Shown piece by piece: positions 49,701 through 57,955 of a DNA stretch of 64,000 nucleotides; within the stretch, counting starts at the first letter, position 1; every line of letters begins with the position of its first letter. Position numbers and translations under genes: made by a program. The notes beneath the pieces are model-generated. The model did no database searches. It was given only the letters and a program-made list of their open reading frames with translations, and had not been told where the DNA came from. Origin of the DNA: Capsulimonadaceae bacterium (lineage in GTDB: Bacteria > Armatimonadota > Armatimonadia > Armatimonadales > Capsulimonadaceae); assembly GCA_965215505.1 (NCBI GenBank), contig OZ244065.1, positions 992,001-1,056,000 on the forward strand, read 5' to 3'.

Positions 49701-49833
49701 CCATGATGTGATCGAGACAATGACAAACCCGAGTGCCCAGGAGACCATTGTGGCGGCCGGCGCTATGATTCGAGAAAAAATTCACACGATCATTGAAGAG
49801 GCTGTCCGGCTTAAGAAGCTACGCAAAGCCTAA
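43723..49833 (+). CDS. 2036-aa multidomain eCIS cargo/effector (lipase, DUF4157, phospholipase C-like)
   Basis: AGGAGG RBS before GTG; AHSQG hydrolase; A.AFTIGNDVFF...LIAHELTHVGQQ (DUF4157); YGELISMGDFF...NAFGDHFLTDAFATGH. Confidence 0.85.
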   Translation: MKDKVKTQTLIEQAGIGAAGRKASAFAHALGARYHAYTQHLDSETYQDPATHQSRTYQDGDLTGPYYPKSGYHGPQSVSPWQTLTGAGTVVYVNGMNNNLAAHVEAAQATADKEKHPVVGVFNATGITKATKLASAVLGKTWSGRLGTGLGLAADAAQCLSDDEGDFLNNPAITTLVEVLKRGSNRNIVAHSQGTLIVTAALRRLKDKDSKKRRDFSGYNIKFFGSPASTRIVGPNYVDDTSNNDDAVASFAMDGLSLLRNTRRLPKLLLAQVGIHTSAFGDNELSRYNNRILTPDRGKFIGPHNYENYENASPTFDELSNGRAHLPSHTPKLEKTTWPATLRALTGYNAWGPAAARKATSVSRSVLSGTLNARRWIGSRAHALKDWAGSKAHAAFSWSRDTARAAGNRLDGEAHDSGQWMLRNREWIGDTLHEASTVFGVLAAVLGVTALAIPPTAPFLVPAALTFGAAAAAARAWHSTSLAVGTIDGSVRPEAALNEAKWAAVDTALSVATVSVSNARFIARATTVPGMKAVAPMLNNPANTAVTLNHILQQTNKLFGLKLGLILRNPMLAARLGWVSKALATAKFVKKLVEMGTSRLLRIAHGVAHGIAGGAKSAWNFAKDTGTGLRHWGEQRAHQAGEFFHNLKEKYYPSPKHDNASGSAAQDIGQCATDKFGILGMGMRNAATNTLAGVIGRHGSPTAKNSELDLHAHSQSGMSVSEAFHPRDGMSVSEAFHPQGGMSVSEAFHPQGGMSVSEAFHPRGGMSVSEAFHPRGGMSVSEAFHPRGGMSVSEAFHPRGGMSVSEAFHPRGGMSVSEAFRQLKGKRKDVRGPDVPTFGNAAWSLPTHLLGYHNHAFGSGVIPTRGGSTAGIGALLRTPFNQSNPLNPFLGLRGMVSTPDAHSRGGMSVSEAFHPQGGMSVSEAFRQLKGKRKDVRALPFLTGRKPNTVWSALDRGVRGGSSGLERGLRGSGTTLDTGLRGRGQDLDTGWRNSAAVYGSTARLGGGMLDHRLSRSGSRAVKAGRSGANAVDDSFDAAKALQRSGYGDHPDVNPAALRADLRKQSSGFLPDGNIRARLGGHLGFDPGGARLHTGPAAAAASRRLNAEAFTIGNDVFFGEGRFDPHTPKGLGLIAHELTHVGQQTGTTGSKARFFSEAGGDQMEREAQQTAEHVLANAGSRSGLFVEDYVREYEGDGGLTQADQLRLDRISVMALAEAQRMLASQGMHGSVNADALDVEVEIDLGEMSDGEAARAWAGVIVAGVSQSARPGGTFTEPSRPHLARKELDWDWSSTVAPQDWKYSDRIIWNDTPGGVAGRPDNTFIKAAVYNTKALDPSQYATIGQRSNYYEVMSNIIQQNPACKDVKFFDAAAQVTNARSVGAVEHFWGSGFGSGPLALRGPQAKSIYTDVNAELFTANMGVINSLLYRTKVPTSPLVPGSTTPISATAFDLEMVEKEQGIVETHLAKYKATFSPKTIAEINRDLNYKGVYRTIGEITFWPLGDAKASYWAKAALGVGDLDFFNQTHRIAIGKAKVFGLHGLTEKDYAAHIHSATTPSSAGAASLSTAGTPVVPPQRRALSGAPADPGRSERAAQAVEAQATASAFADMPSRSLMATQFGFQPLRSQAYGTLEREAEHVSAAVRSNEPHAAPALSAAPLGIQNYDTYEHVKFGGEPGNQRMVTINGVVVSYGELISMGDFFENPDQIYDTPPAQLKALVEMIRRQVADPKSVTDSDWAKVSPRYLDLATKNDAHFAPSNPSLVAPGGSPGPDHRQTWERLHKQALDLAQDGQPDRALATNAFGDHFLTDAFATGHLINKGDVMARFRSRFADSNTRASFFKAVARNVWADSSVAAYVSQYETGEPYMLGWHPNIDSASRFSEFLSEVYKAQPDVIDNAVVKIIHDRLNDTVGGLEVHNAAGQLWHLSGDDTLNSESLDMGRRAVDQSQKNILGINSSRVPSPGSKNGKGYTGDLQPLYKKVWNYCPIPTDASVKAIHDVIETMTNPSAQETIVAAGAMIREKIHTIIEEAVRLKKLRKA
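45868..46183 (+). repeat. 36-bp in-frame tandem repeat, 9 units (last partial)
   Basis: GGCGGTATGAGCGTCTCCGAGGCGTTCCATCCGCRG = GGMSVSEAFHP(R/Q). Confidence 0.97.
46423..46531 (+). repeat. second block of the 36-bp repeat (2 units) with the same flanks
   Basis: AHSRGGMSVSEAFHPQGGMSVSEAFRQLKGKRKDVR duplicates the first block's ends. Confidence 0.93.
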
Positions 49834-49936
49834 CCTTATACTCAGCCCGCTTGACAGACGCATGGCGCTGCCCGCCGGCCGACACGATCCCTCGTTAAGC
49901 GACAGATGCGTATCAGAAAAATGAAGTGAGGGAACC

Positions 49937-50254
49937 ATGCCGGTCAATATTCGCCGCCTGCGCTGCCGGGTGATGGTCAAGACGGGCGGGCGCGACGCGC
50001 CCGTGGCGCACCACTCCGAGGGGCCGAAGCGGCCTTCGCTGCACTTCGCATTGCCGGAGCCGGAGCCGCGCGCCGAGGCGGTCCCGCCGGAGCCGGCCAA
50101 TCCGGTGAGGGAGGAGCCGCAGGCGGTCACGCCGGGGCCGGAGCAGGAGGTCAGGAAGGCCGACCCGCGCGCGGTGGCCGACCGGGTTTATGAGCTGATG
50201 CGGCAGGAGATCGCCCTGAGCCGCCAGCGCGGCGGGAGCGGGCGGGGCGGGTAG
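49937..50254 (+). CDS. small eCIS-associated hypothetical protein
   Basis: GAGGG RBS; C-terminal DPRAVADRVYELMRQEIALSRQRG helix. Confidence 0.7.
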   Translation: MPVNIRRLRCRVMVKTGGRDAPVAHHSEGPKRPSLHFALPEPEPRAEAVPPEPANPVREEPQAVTPGPEQEVRKADPRAVADRVYELMRQEIALSRQRGGSGRGG

Positions 50255-50288
50255 GCATGGGGCCGAGGGCGGCGATAAAGGAGCAGTC

Positions 50289-50843
50289 ATGGCAGGCATT
50301 CTGGACAGCGTGAAGGGCGGACGGGGGAAGCTCGGCCACATCGGGGGACAGCTCGGCGCACATGCGCGGCTACCTCGCGGCCTAGTGGCGGCACCGACCG
50401 GGCCGAGCGATCCGCAGCGGCGGGACCCCTACGTCAACCTCCGCTTCGCCATCGAGATAGACCACGTCACCGTCGCCCTCTTCACGGAATGCTCCGCGCT
50501 GACCATCGAGACGGAGACCTTCGAGTACCAGGAAGGCGGCGTGAACACCTACACGCACAAGCTGCCGACGCGCACCAAATACGGCAACATCACCCTGAAG
50601 CGCGGCATGGACGACTCACAGGAGCTGTACCAGTGGTATCTGCTCAACGTGAGTGGCCAGACCAAGCGGCGGAACCTCTCGATCATTCTGTATGACCTAT
50701 ACGGCGGCCCGGCCCGACGCTGGGACCTCATGGGGGCCTACCCCTGCAAGTGGACGGGGCCGGACCTGCGCGTCGATACGGGCGCGGTCGCCATCGAAAC
50801 TGTGGAGTTCGCCCACTCCGGACTGATTCCGAGCGGCAACTAG
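50289..50843 (+). CDS. second eCIS tail tube protein (gp19-like)
   Basis: DPY...F.IEI...FTECS.L...YQEGG.N...KLP...YGNITLKRG...AYPCKWTGP...AIET.E. Confidence 0.93.
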   Translation: MAGILDSVKGGRGKLGHIGGQLGAHARLPRGLVAAPTGPSDPQRRDPYVNLRFAIEIDHVTVALFTECSALTIETETFEYQEGGVNTYTHKLPTRTKYGNITLKRGMDDSQELYQWYLLNVSGQTKRRNLSIILYDLYGGPARRWDLMGAYPCKWTGPDLRVDTGAVAIETVEFAHSGLIPSGN

Positions 50844-50865
50844 AAGGCTCCAGAACACACCCGCG

Positions 50866-53800
50866 ATGACCTCAGAACAACAACAGGCGTTGGACGCGCT
50901 CCCCGCGCCGGCGTCATTGGACCGCATCACCCGCTTCCTGAGCGACCTCGGGCAGCAGGGGAACGCGCCCCTGGGCGCGTCGGGCCGGTCGGCGCAGGCC
51001 TTCGCCGCCTCCCTCGCGGGCGGGGCGCACAGCTTCAGCGCGCGGCAGGCGTCCGGCTGGGTGGCGATCCTCATGGACCGCTACCAGATCAAGATGGGCG
51101 AGATCCAGGAGTTCGCCCTCTGGTTCGTCCGGCGGCAGGAGATACTTTCCCAGACGTCGGACCTGGTCGAGCGCGCGCCCGAGCCGGTGCTTGCACGTCC
51201 CCAGGCACCCGATCCAGTCCTTGCGATGCCCCCGGCGGCGGAACGGGCGTCCAGGGCGGTGCAGGCGGAGGGGATGAGTGCGACACTCGCCGCCGACGGC
51301 CCCGCTCAGGCCGGTTATACTAAGGCCAGTCCCGGCGCACCGCCGCCGCGGACGGCTCTGCGCCGTCAGGCGGTCACGGCATCGCCGGACGCCCTGCCGC
51401 CCTCAGAAGGGGGGCGGGGGCGAGAAGCCCAGGATGCCGAGCCTGACGCGACGGAAGAGTGGCCCCGACGCCGGCAGGCCGATTCCAAGGGGCAAACCAC
51501 CGCCGGCTCCGCGCGCCGTCGCCGCATCGAGCGCGGGCCGGTCCGGGCAGGCGATGACGCGCCGCCGGGCGATGCCACCGGAGAAGGAACGCCACAGACG
51601 GGGATGCCGGAGGAAGAAGCCCCACCGGCCAAGCGGCCCTTCCGGCTGATGCCGCACATGATCACCCGTCCGGCGTTCGTCACCAATGTCGGGCTTGCCG
51701 GGATGCTGGCGGGCCTCACCTTGTCGCCTGGGGCGGCGATGGCCCAGGACGCGCCAGACATGGCGCTCGCCCTCCCGCAGATGCTTGGCTCGGGGCCGAT
51801 GGGCGGGCCGCTGCCGATGTACCCCCCTTTCGCGGGGGCCGGGCCGATGGGCGGGCCGCTGCCGATGTCCCCCGCTCAGGGCGGGATTTCCCCGCTGGGT
51901 GTGCCCGCCTTCACGCCGACGGTGACGCCGCTGGCATCCGCCGCCGTCGCGCCGCCGTCAACGGTCTGGCTGGGGATGCCCGCCCCGGCTCCGCCTCCGC
52001 CTGATGCCGATGCTCCAGGCTCGGTGGCGTTCCCCGCGACTCGGCCGGCGGCATCGCCGGGCATCGCCTCCCCCACCCCGCCCGCGCCGGACATGACCCT
52101 CCTGCCGGGAGTGTCACCGGAAACGCTGGGCATTCAGGCGATCCCCCCGCCCCAGGCCGTCGGGACACAGCCGCCTGTTTCCGCATTTGTGCCACAAACG
52201 GGTGTGCCGAGGCTTCCATCCGATGGTCCCGCTTCGTCCCAACCGCCGGTCGCTCCGCCCGCGCCGACTAACGCCTCGCCTGATGCGGCATTGCCGCCGC
52301 CTACACCACAATCGCCCGCCTTGATGGGTCTTGCCGCCGGGAGCGCCGCTCTGGCCGCCGCCGAACAACTCGGCGCGCGCCAGCCGCAGGCCGCACCGAG
52401 CGATCAGGCCACACCAGGCGATGCGACGACCACCCCAACGGGTGTCACCCTGCCTACTCCCGCCCTAATCGTGCCGACCATCATATCACCTGAGATGGCG
52501 CTGCCGTCGCCTCCGCCGCAGCCAGAGCCGCCGACGTCCGCAGCGATGAGCCTGGCCGCCGGGGGTGACGCACTGGCCGCCGCCGAACGATATGTCCAGG
52601 CCGCACCGCCCGTGCCGTCCGCGTCGCCGCCTGATGCATCCCGGCCCGCCTCCGCCGCTCCTGCTTTGGCGGGGCTGGTGGCCGGGAGCGCCGCGCTGGC
52701 CGTCGCGGACCGGTTCCGCAGTTCCCATTCGCCGCCCGCGCTAGGCGGCACCCGGCCACTCTCGGCGGGGGCCAGCCTGCCGCCACCCGGCGCGGGGCCT
52801 TCCCCCATGACCGTCTTTCTGGGAAGCGCGCCCCGTTCGGAAGCGCCCGACGCCGCCATGACGTCCGCGCCACCTTCGCCCTTCGCCGCGACGCCCGAGA
52901 TGGGGCAGCTCACCCTGCTGGCTCCGCCCTTGCAGATCGCCTCCGCCCAGGCCGAGCGGGGCGGCATCGCGGCCTCCGTGGACTGGCAGACCCTGGCCGG
53001 CGGCGCGGGGCCGCTGGATGAGGGGGGCCTGGCACGTCTCAAGCAGGTCCTGCCCGCACAGGCCAGCGTCCTCTATCCGGCCCTGAAGCCGGGGAGTCTG
53101 GGACCGGGGGCGGTGAACCTGCCGCTCTCGGCCCCTCTGGTCCAGTCCCTTCTCCAGAAGAGCTATGGCGGCGTCGGCATGGGGATGGCGACGCGGGCCG
53201 CCGACATGGCGGCCTCGCTGGGAGGGGGGAAGCCAGCCGCCGCGCCGCTCCCCGCACAGATCGTCCCCGGTCGGCGTCCGTCCGGGACGGCCGCGGGCGT
53301 CCTCGGGCATCCCGACGAGGTGCAGGGCGGGGCGGGCGCTCTGGGGCAGGCGGGCAAGGGGCAGGCCACGCGCGGCGGCGTCCTGGACTTCCTCGGCCTC
53401 CCGGTGCGCCTCGCGCCGAGCCTCGGCGGGCGGTCCGATCTGGCCCGCGAAACCACCCTCCGCAATGCGGGCCAGGGTCCGGTCGCATCGCAGCAGACCC
53501 TGCGCCCGGAGCAGTTCGCGCCCCTGCGGAACCGCCTGTTCCCCGCCTTCAGCAGCATGGCCGTCGAGCCTGACAAGGGCGCCTGGCGCAGAGCCGCCCC
53601 CGCCTTCGGCCTGCGCGACGGCAGCCCGACCACGCTGCTCTCGCCGGACGCCCGCGTCCCGGTCCAGACCCCGACCATGCCGCAGCCGCCGTCCCGCAGC
53701 AGGCCGCCGGCGTCTTCACCGTCCGCTACGCTGTCGGGTTTACCGCCCGCCGCGCTCTCGGGCGGGCAGCACGCCGCGTCTTTACGCGCACCGTCTTTGC

Positions 53801-55137
53801 GTGCGGCGTCTCTGCTCGGGACATCGGCGCCGACGCCCACCCTGCTCTCGCCTTCGATGCTCGCAACGGGGCACAAGGCTCCGGCAGTCCCAGGGCGGCC
53901 TTCTGCGCTCGGCTCCTCGCTGGCGGCGGGCGGGCAGCACACGCCCGATACCCCGATGACGCACGGGCTGGGGGCCGCCATGGGCGCATTGCCTCGGGCA
54001 CGCACCCCATTGGACGCCCCCGGAGGAGCCGGTTTCGTGCCGCCCCACAGCGTATCGCTGCCGTTCCCGTCGGCCCATCCTTTGCTGACCGGACGGAACG
54101 GGACACCTCTCACGGCAAGCCAGCACGTCCTCGCGCCCTTGGGACCGGCAGTTGGTCGCACGAGCGGCATTGGACACCACTTGGACCTGGAGCCGTCACA
54201 TCATCCCCTATCTAGCCACACGCTTTCGTCGGCCGGCTCGGCGCATCTGCCGTCAGGCCCAACGCATGGGTCTACGAGGCACGGGCCACTTTCTGGGCCT
54301 AAGTCATCCCCCGGCTTTGGGCCGCTCGTTCAACACTCTTTCGCCGCGCCTCCAAACACACAAGGAGGGATGCGCTCGCTGCCAGCCACCGCCAGGGGTA
54401 GTTACCATGCAGGCCGGGGGCCACTCACCGCCCCGCCCCTGACGGGGTCGCGTGGCCGGGCGTCCGGCCACCGCCTGCCGCTTTCCAGCGCGTTCGTTCC
54501 GGCCGGTGGGCGTTCGGCAGGCCACAGCCGCCACGCGCATGCGAACGCGCGGCCCTGGGGGGACTCTCTGAGCCTGCCGACACCGCGCCGGATTTCAGCG
54601 TCGCACTCCGTTCCGGCACCCGACCCGTCTCTGGGCTTCTCCCACACAGGCGGCGCGGGCGGGCATCGGGGCGCTTCACACCTCTCCGCCGGCCTGCCTT
54701 TAGCCGCCCTGGCTCTGCCGCACCGGGCCGTGGCTCCGACAAACTTCCCCGATTCGCGGCTCATCAGCTCGCCCCACATGGCCGCCCCCTTCAGTGCGCG
54801 CGCCGCATCGCTGGCGAGATCGGTGCAGCCGGGGGGGCGACCGAGGGGGGCGGGCGTGGCAGGGGGTTTCAACGGCCCGGCCCCGGCGATGCGCCTGGCA
54901 CCGCGAGTGCTGCGCCGGCCCGGTGCGGACACGGCGGCGATGCCGCCCATGACGATACAGCGGTCGGAGACGACTGCGAGCGCCACCCCGGCTCAGAACA
55001 GGAGCGCCCCGGCTCATGCCCACGCTCCGTCCGGGCCGTCCGGCTCGGCGACCGGCGAGGTGAACGCCCTAGCGGGGGAGGTCTGGGCGCTCCTCAAGCG
55101 GCGGCTGGCGACCGAGGCGGAGCGGCGCGGGCGTTGA
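50866..55137 (+). CDS. 1423-aa Pro/Ala-rich low-complexity eCIS protein (possible tape-measure-like)
   Basis: Long open frame between tube 2 and the LysM gene, ending in VNALAGEVWALLKRRLATEAERRGR. Confidence 0.7.
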   Translation: MTSEQQQALDALPAPASLDRITRFLSDLGQQGNAPLGASGRSAQAFAASLAGGAHSFSARQASGWVAILMDRYQIKMGEIQEFALWFVRRQEILSQTSDLVERAPEPVLARPQAPDPVLAMPPAAERASRAVQAEGMSATLAADGPAQAGYTKASPGAPPPRTALRRQAVTASPDALPPSEGGRGREAQDAEPDATEEWPRRRQADSKGQTTAGSARRRRIERGPVRAGDDAPPGDATGEGTPQTGMPEEEAPPAKRPFRLMPHMITRPAFVTNVGLAGMLAGLTLSPGAAMAQDAPDMALALPQMLGSGPMGGPLPMYPPFAGAGPMGGPLPMSPAQGGISPLGVPAFTPTVTPLASAAVAPPSTVWLGMPAPAPPPPDADAPGSVAFPATRPAASPGIASPTPPAPDMTLLPGVSPETLGIQAIPPPQAVGTQPPVSAFVPQTGVPRLPSDGPASSQPPVAPPAPTNASPDAALPPPTPQSPALMGLAAGSAALAAAEQLGARQPQAAPSDQATPGDATTTPTGVTLPTPALIVPTIISPEMALPSPPPQPEPPTSAAMSLAAGGDALAAAERYVQAAPPVPSASPPDASRPASAAPALAGLVAGSAALAVADRFRSSHSPPALGGTRPLSAGASLPPPGAGPSPMTVFLGSAPRSEAPDAAMTSAPPSPFAATPEMGQLTLLAPPLQIASAQAERGGIAASVDWQTLAGGAGPLDEGGLARLKQVLPAQASVLYPALKPGSLGPGAVNLPLSAPLVQSLLQKSYGGVGMGMATRAADMAASLGGGKPAAAPLPAQIVPGRRPSGTAAGVLGHPDEVQGGAGALGQAGKGQATRGGVLDFLGLPVRLAPSLGGRSDLARETTLRNAGQGPVASQQTLRPEQFAPLRNRLFPAFSSMAVEPDKGAWRRAAPAFGLRDGSPTTLLSPDARVPVQTPTMPQPPSRSRPPASSPSATLSGLPPAALSGGQHAASLRAPSLRAASLLGTSAPTPTLLSPSMLATGHKAPAVPGRPSALGSSLAAGGQHTPDTPMTHGLGAAMGALPRARTPLDAPGGAGFVPPHSVSLPFPSAHPLLTGRNGTPLTASQHVLAPLGPAVGRTSGIGHHLDLEPSHHPLSSHTLSSAGSAHLPSGPTHGSTRHGPLSGPKSSPGFGPLVQHSFAAPPNTQGGMRSLPATARGSYHAGRGPLTAPPLTGSRGRASGHRLPLSSAFVPAGGRSAGHSRHAHANARPWGDSLSLPTPRRISASHSVPAPDPSLGFSHTGGAGGHRGASHLSAGLPLAALALPHRAVAPTNFPDSRLISSPHMAAPFSARAASLARSVQPGGRPRGAGVAGGFNGPAPAMRLAPRVLRRPGADTAAMPPMTIQRSETTASATPAQNRSAPAHAHAPSGPSGSATGEVNALAGEVWALLKRRLATEAERRGR

Positions 55138-55198
55138 CGGGGGCGCGGCACAGAGGGACGGGCGAGGGGTCGTAAGAAGGACCGAGGGAGGGAAGACC

Positions 55199-55969
55199 AT
55201 GCGGATACTGACTGGCGGGACGGGAAAGAGCGGGGCGGGGCTTGCCGGGACGAGGCGAGGCGAGGCGGGACACGGCGGGGCGGCTCACGCCCTGGGAGCG
55301 CCGACCAAGGCGACGGTCATCAATCTCGACAAGGACCCGCGAAGCCCCGCCCTGGAGTGCCTGTTCAACCCCACGGAATACTCGTTCACGATGGGCAACA
55401 ACTGGACGCCCAAGCGGGCCAACGGGCGCGAGATGTCGTTCCTGGAATACACCGGCGGCGACAACAGCACCCTCACCCTGGACCTGTTCTTCGACACGGT
55501 CGAGCCGCGCGCCGTCCACGGGCAAGTCCACACGGATGTGACCGAGTACGTCAAGACACTGCGGGAGTTCATGACGCCCTCCGTCGGAAGCCCCGGCACG
55601 AAGAACAAGCGCCCACCCTACCTGCTCTTCCAGTGGGGGAAGGGGTACAGCTTCAAATCCGTCCTGCGGAGCATGTCCGTCCGCTATACCCTGTTCAACC
55701 AGGGCGGCGATCCGGTCCGCTGCACGGCGAACGTCACCCTGGTCAGCCTTGAAACCGACTCGCCGGAGAACCAGCAGGGGACCAACCCGACCTCCTTCGC
55801 CGAGGCCGGGCACAAGCGGCGCGAGGTGATGCCGCAGGACACCCTGGCCCTGATCTCCTTCCAGGAGTACGGCACCCCGAATCACTGGCGGCGCATCGCC
55901 GAGGCCAACGGCATGGAAGACCCCAGGGACCTGCGGCCCGGACAGGTCCTCGCCATCCCGCCGGCTTAG
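55199..55969 (+). CDS. eCIS tube-initiator protein with LysM domain (Afp7/Pvc7-like)
   Basis: CLFNPTEYS, LDLFFDT, PPYLLFQWG, YTLF...G.PVR and DTL..I...YG....WR.IAEAN...PGQVL.IP motifs. Confidence 0.92.
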   Translation: MRILTGGTGKSGAGLAGTRRGEAGHGGAAHALGAPTKATVINLDKDPRSPALECLFNPTEYSFTMGNNWTPKRANGREMSFLEYTGGDNSTLTLDLFFDTVEPRAVHGQVHTDVTEYVKTLREFMTPSVGSPGTKNKRPPYLLFQWGKGYSFKSVLRSMSVRYTLFNQGGDPVRCTANVTLVSLETDSPENQQGTNPTSFAEAGHKRREVMPQDTLALISFQEYGTPNHWRRIAEANGMEDPRDLRPGQVLAIPPA

Positions 55970-56002
55970 GCTGGAAAGTCGGAATGGAAAGGAAACCCCG
56001 CC

Positions 56003-57937
56003 ATGCCTCTCGCCTTGAACGAACTTTCAGCCAGAATGGACCAGCCCGTGGGCCTGGGGGCGTCCTATGGCCGCGCCGCCGAGGGGATGCGGACCTACTT
56101 CACGCTGAAGCTGAACGGCTCCCAGGCCGGCGACGACCTGCTGAACGACATCCTGGACCTGACGGTCGAGAACAGCCTGCACCTGCCGGACATGTGTACG
56201 CTGCGGATACAGGAAGGCGTCTTCGCCGATCCGGGGCGGCGCGAGGCGTTCCACTGGTCCGGCTCGGACGCCTTCACGGCGGGGACGAAGGTGGAGGTGA
56301 TCGGCGGCCGGTCGTCACTGGACGCCGGCCCGATCTTCGTCGGCGAGGTGGCCTCGCTGGAGATGGACATTTCCTCCCACGGCCTGCCCACCCTGCTGGT
56401 ACGCTGCTATGACCACTCGCACCGGCTGCACCGGGGCCGCTACAGCCGGTCCTTCCAGAACATGACCGACGCCGACATCGTGAGCCAGGTCTGCACCGAG
56501 GCCGGCCTGACCGCCTCGGCGGACGCCACGACCCCGGTCCACGACTGGGTGTTCCAGAACAACCAGACCAACTGGGAGTTCCTGAACGAGCGGGCCGCCC
56601 ACGCCGGCTGTCGCCTGTTCGGGGCCGGCGACAAGCGGATGCACCTGAAGACCCTCGCGGCCGGTCCCGAGGGACCCGTGACCCTGACGTGGGGCAGCGA
56701 CCTGATCTCCTTCCGCCCGCGCCTCAATGCCGCCTCACAGGTCAGCGAGGTGTCTGTCCACGGCTGGGACCCGGCGCAGAAGCAGGCCATCGTCGGGACC
56801 GCCACGACGCCGAACGGCCTGCCCAGCACCGGCGCCCCGTCCCGGCAGGCCGCCATGGGCGGGTTCCAGGGCGACGCCAAGATGCGGATCACGGACCGGC
56901 CCGTCCACTCGCAGACTGAGGCGGAGAAGATCGCGCAGTCGGTCTGCGACGACATCGGGGGCCAGTACATGGAGGCGGAGGGCCTGACTCAATGGGACGC
57001 CCGCATCCTGCCCGGCAAACAGGTCAAGATCACCAATGTCGGCTCCCGCTTCTCCGGCGACTACACCGTGACCGCCACCACGCACGTCATGAGCGTGGCG
57101 GAGGGCTTCACCACACTGTTCTCCTGCACCGGGAAGCAGCCGGGAACCGTCCTGTCCGCCCTGGATGGGTCGGGCGGGGCCAAACGCACGGCTTTGGGCG
57201 GGAACATCGTGGTGGGCATCGTCACGAACAACAAGGACGACAAGAACCTGGGCCGAGTCAAGGTGAAGTACCCCTGGCTGTCGGACAACGACGAGAGTTT
57301 CTGGGCGCGGGTCGTCTCGCCCATGGGCGGCCCGACGCGCGGCTTCTACTTCCTGCCGGAAGTGGATGACGAGGTGCTGGTCGCCTTCGAACACGGCGAC
57401 ATCCGCCGTCCCTACGTCCTCGGCGCGCTCTGGAACGGGGTGGACGCCCCGGTCGAGGGCAACGATGCCGCCGTGGAGGGCGGCAAGGTCATCCACCGGA
57501 TCATCAAGACGCGCATCGGGCATACCATCCTGCTCGACGACAAGGACGACAAGGGCGAGATGAAGATGACCACCAAGAGTGGCCACTTCCTGACCCTGAA
57601 CGACCGGGACGAGAACGTCACCGCCCAGACCAAGGACGGCCACAAGGTCCTGCTGGACGACCAGAACGGCAAGATCGTCGTCGTGGACAAGACCGGCGGC
57701 AACAAGATGACGATCCAGAGCAGCGACAACTCGATCACCATCGAGTGCGTCGGCGACTTCAGCGTGAAGGCGACCGGCAGGGTCAATATCGAGGGCCAGG
57801 CGGGCGTGACCGTGACGACACCCGCGCAGATGAGCATTCACTCCGACACCCAGATGAAGATAGACGCCGGTGTCGAGGTCGCCATTGAGGGCGGGATTAC
57901 TGACATCAAGGGCCTCCTCGTCAAGATCAATTCGTAG
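56003..57937 (+). CDS. vgrG: VgrG-like spike protein (Afp8/Pvc8-like)
   Basis: HRLHRGR...F, Q.NQTNWEFL, GRVKVKYPWL, WARV and FLPEVDDEVLVAFEHGD..RPYVLG.LWNG motifs. Confidence 0.95.
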   Translation: MPLALNELSARMDQPVGLGASYGRAAEGMRTYFTLKLNGSQAGDDLLNDILDLTVENSLHLPDMCTLRIQEGVFADPGRREAFHWSGSDAFTAGTKVEVIGGRSSLDAGPIFVGEVASLEMDISSHGLPTLLVRCYDHSHRLHRGRYSRSFQNMTDADIVSQVCTEAGLTASADATTPVHDWVFQNNQTNWEFLNERAAHAGCRLFGAGDKRMHLKTLAAGPEGPVTLTWGSDLISFRPRLNAASQVSEVSVHGWDPAQKQAIVGTATTPNGLPSTGAPSRQAAMGGFQGDAKMRITDRPVHSQTEAEKIAQSVCDDIGGQYMEAEGLTQWDARILPGKQVKITNVGSRFSGDYTVTATTHVMSVAEGFTTLFSCTGKQPGTVLSALDGSGGAKRTALGGNIVVGIVTNNKDDKNLGRVKVKYPWLSDNDESFWARVVSPMGGPTRGFYFLPEVDDEVLVAFEHGDIRRPYVLGALWNGVDAPVEGNDAAVEGGKVIHRIIKTRIGHTILLDDKDDKGEMKMTTKSGHFLTLNDRDENVTAQTKDGHKVLLDDQNGKIVVVDKTGGNKMTIQSSDNSITIECVGDFSVKATGRVNIEGQAGVTVTTPAQMSIHSDTQMKIDAGVEVAIEGGITDIKGLLVKINS

Positions 57938-57955
57938 ACAGGAAGGATCAAAAAG

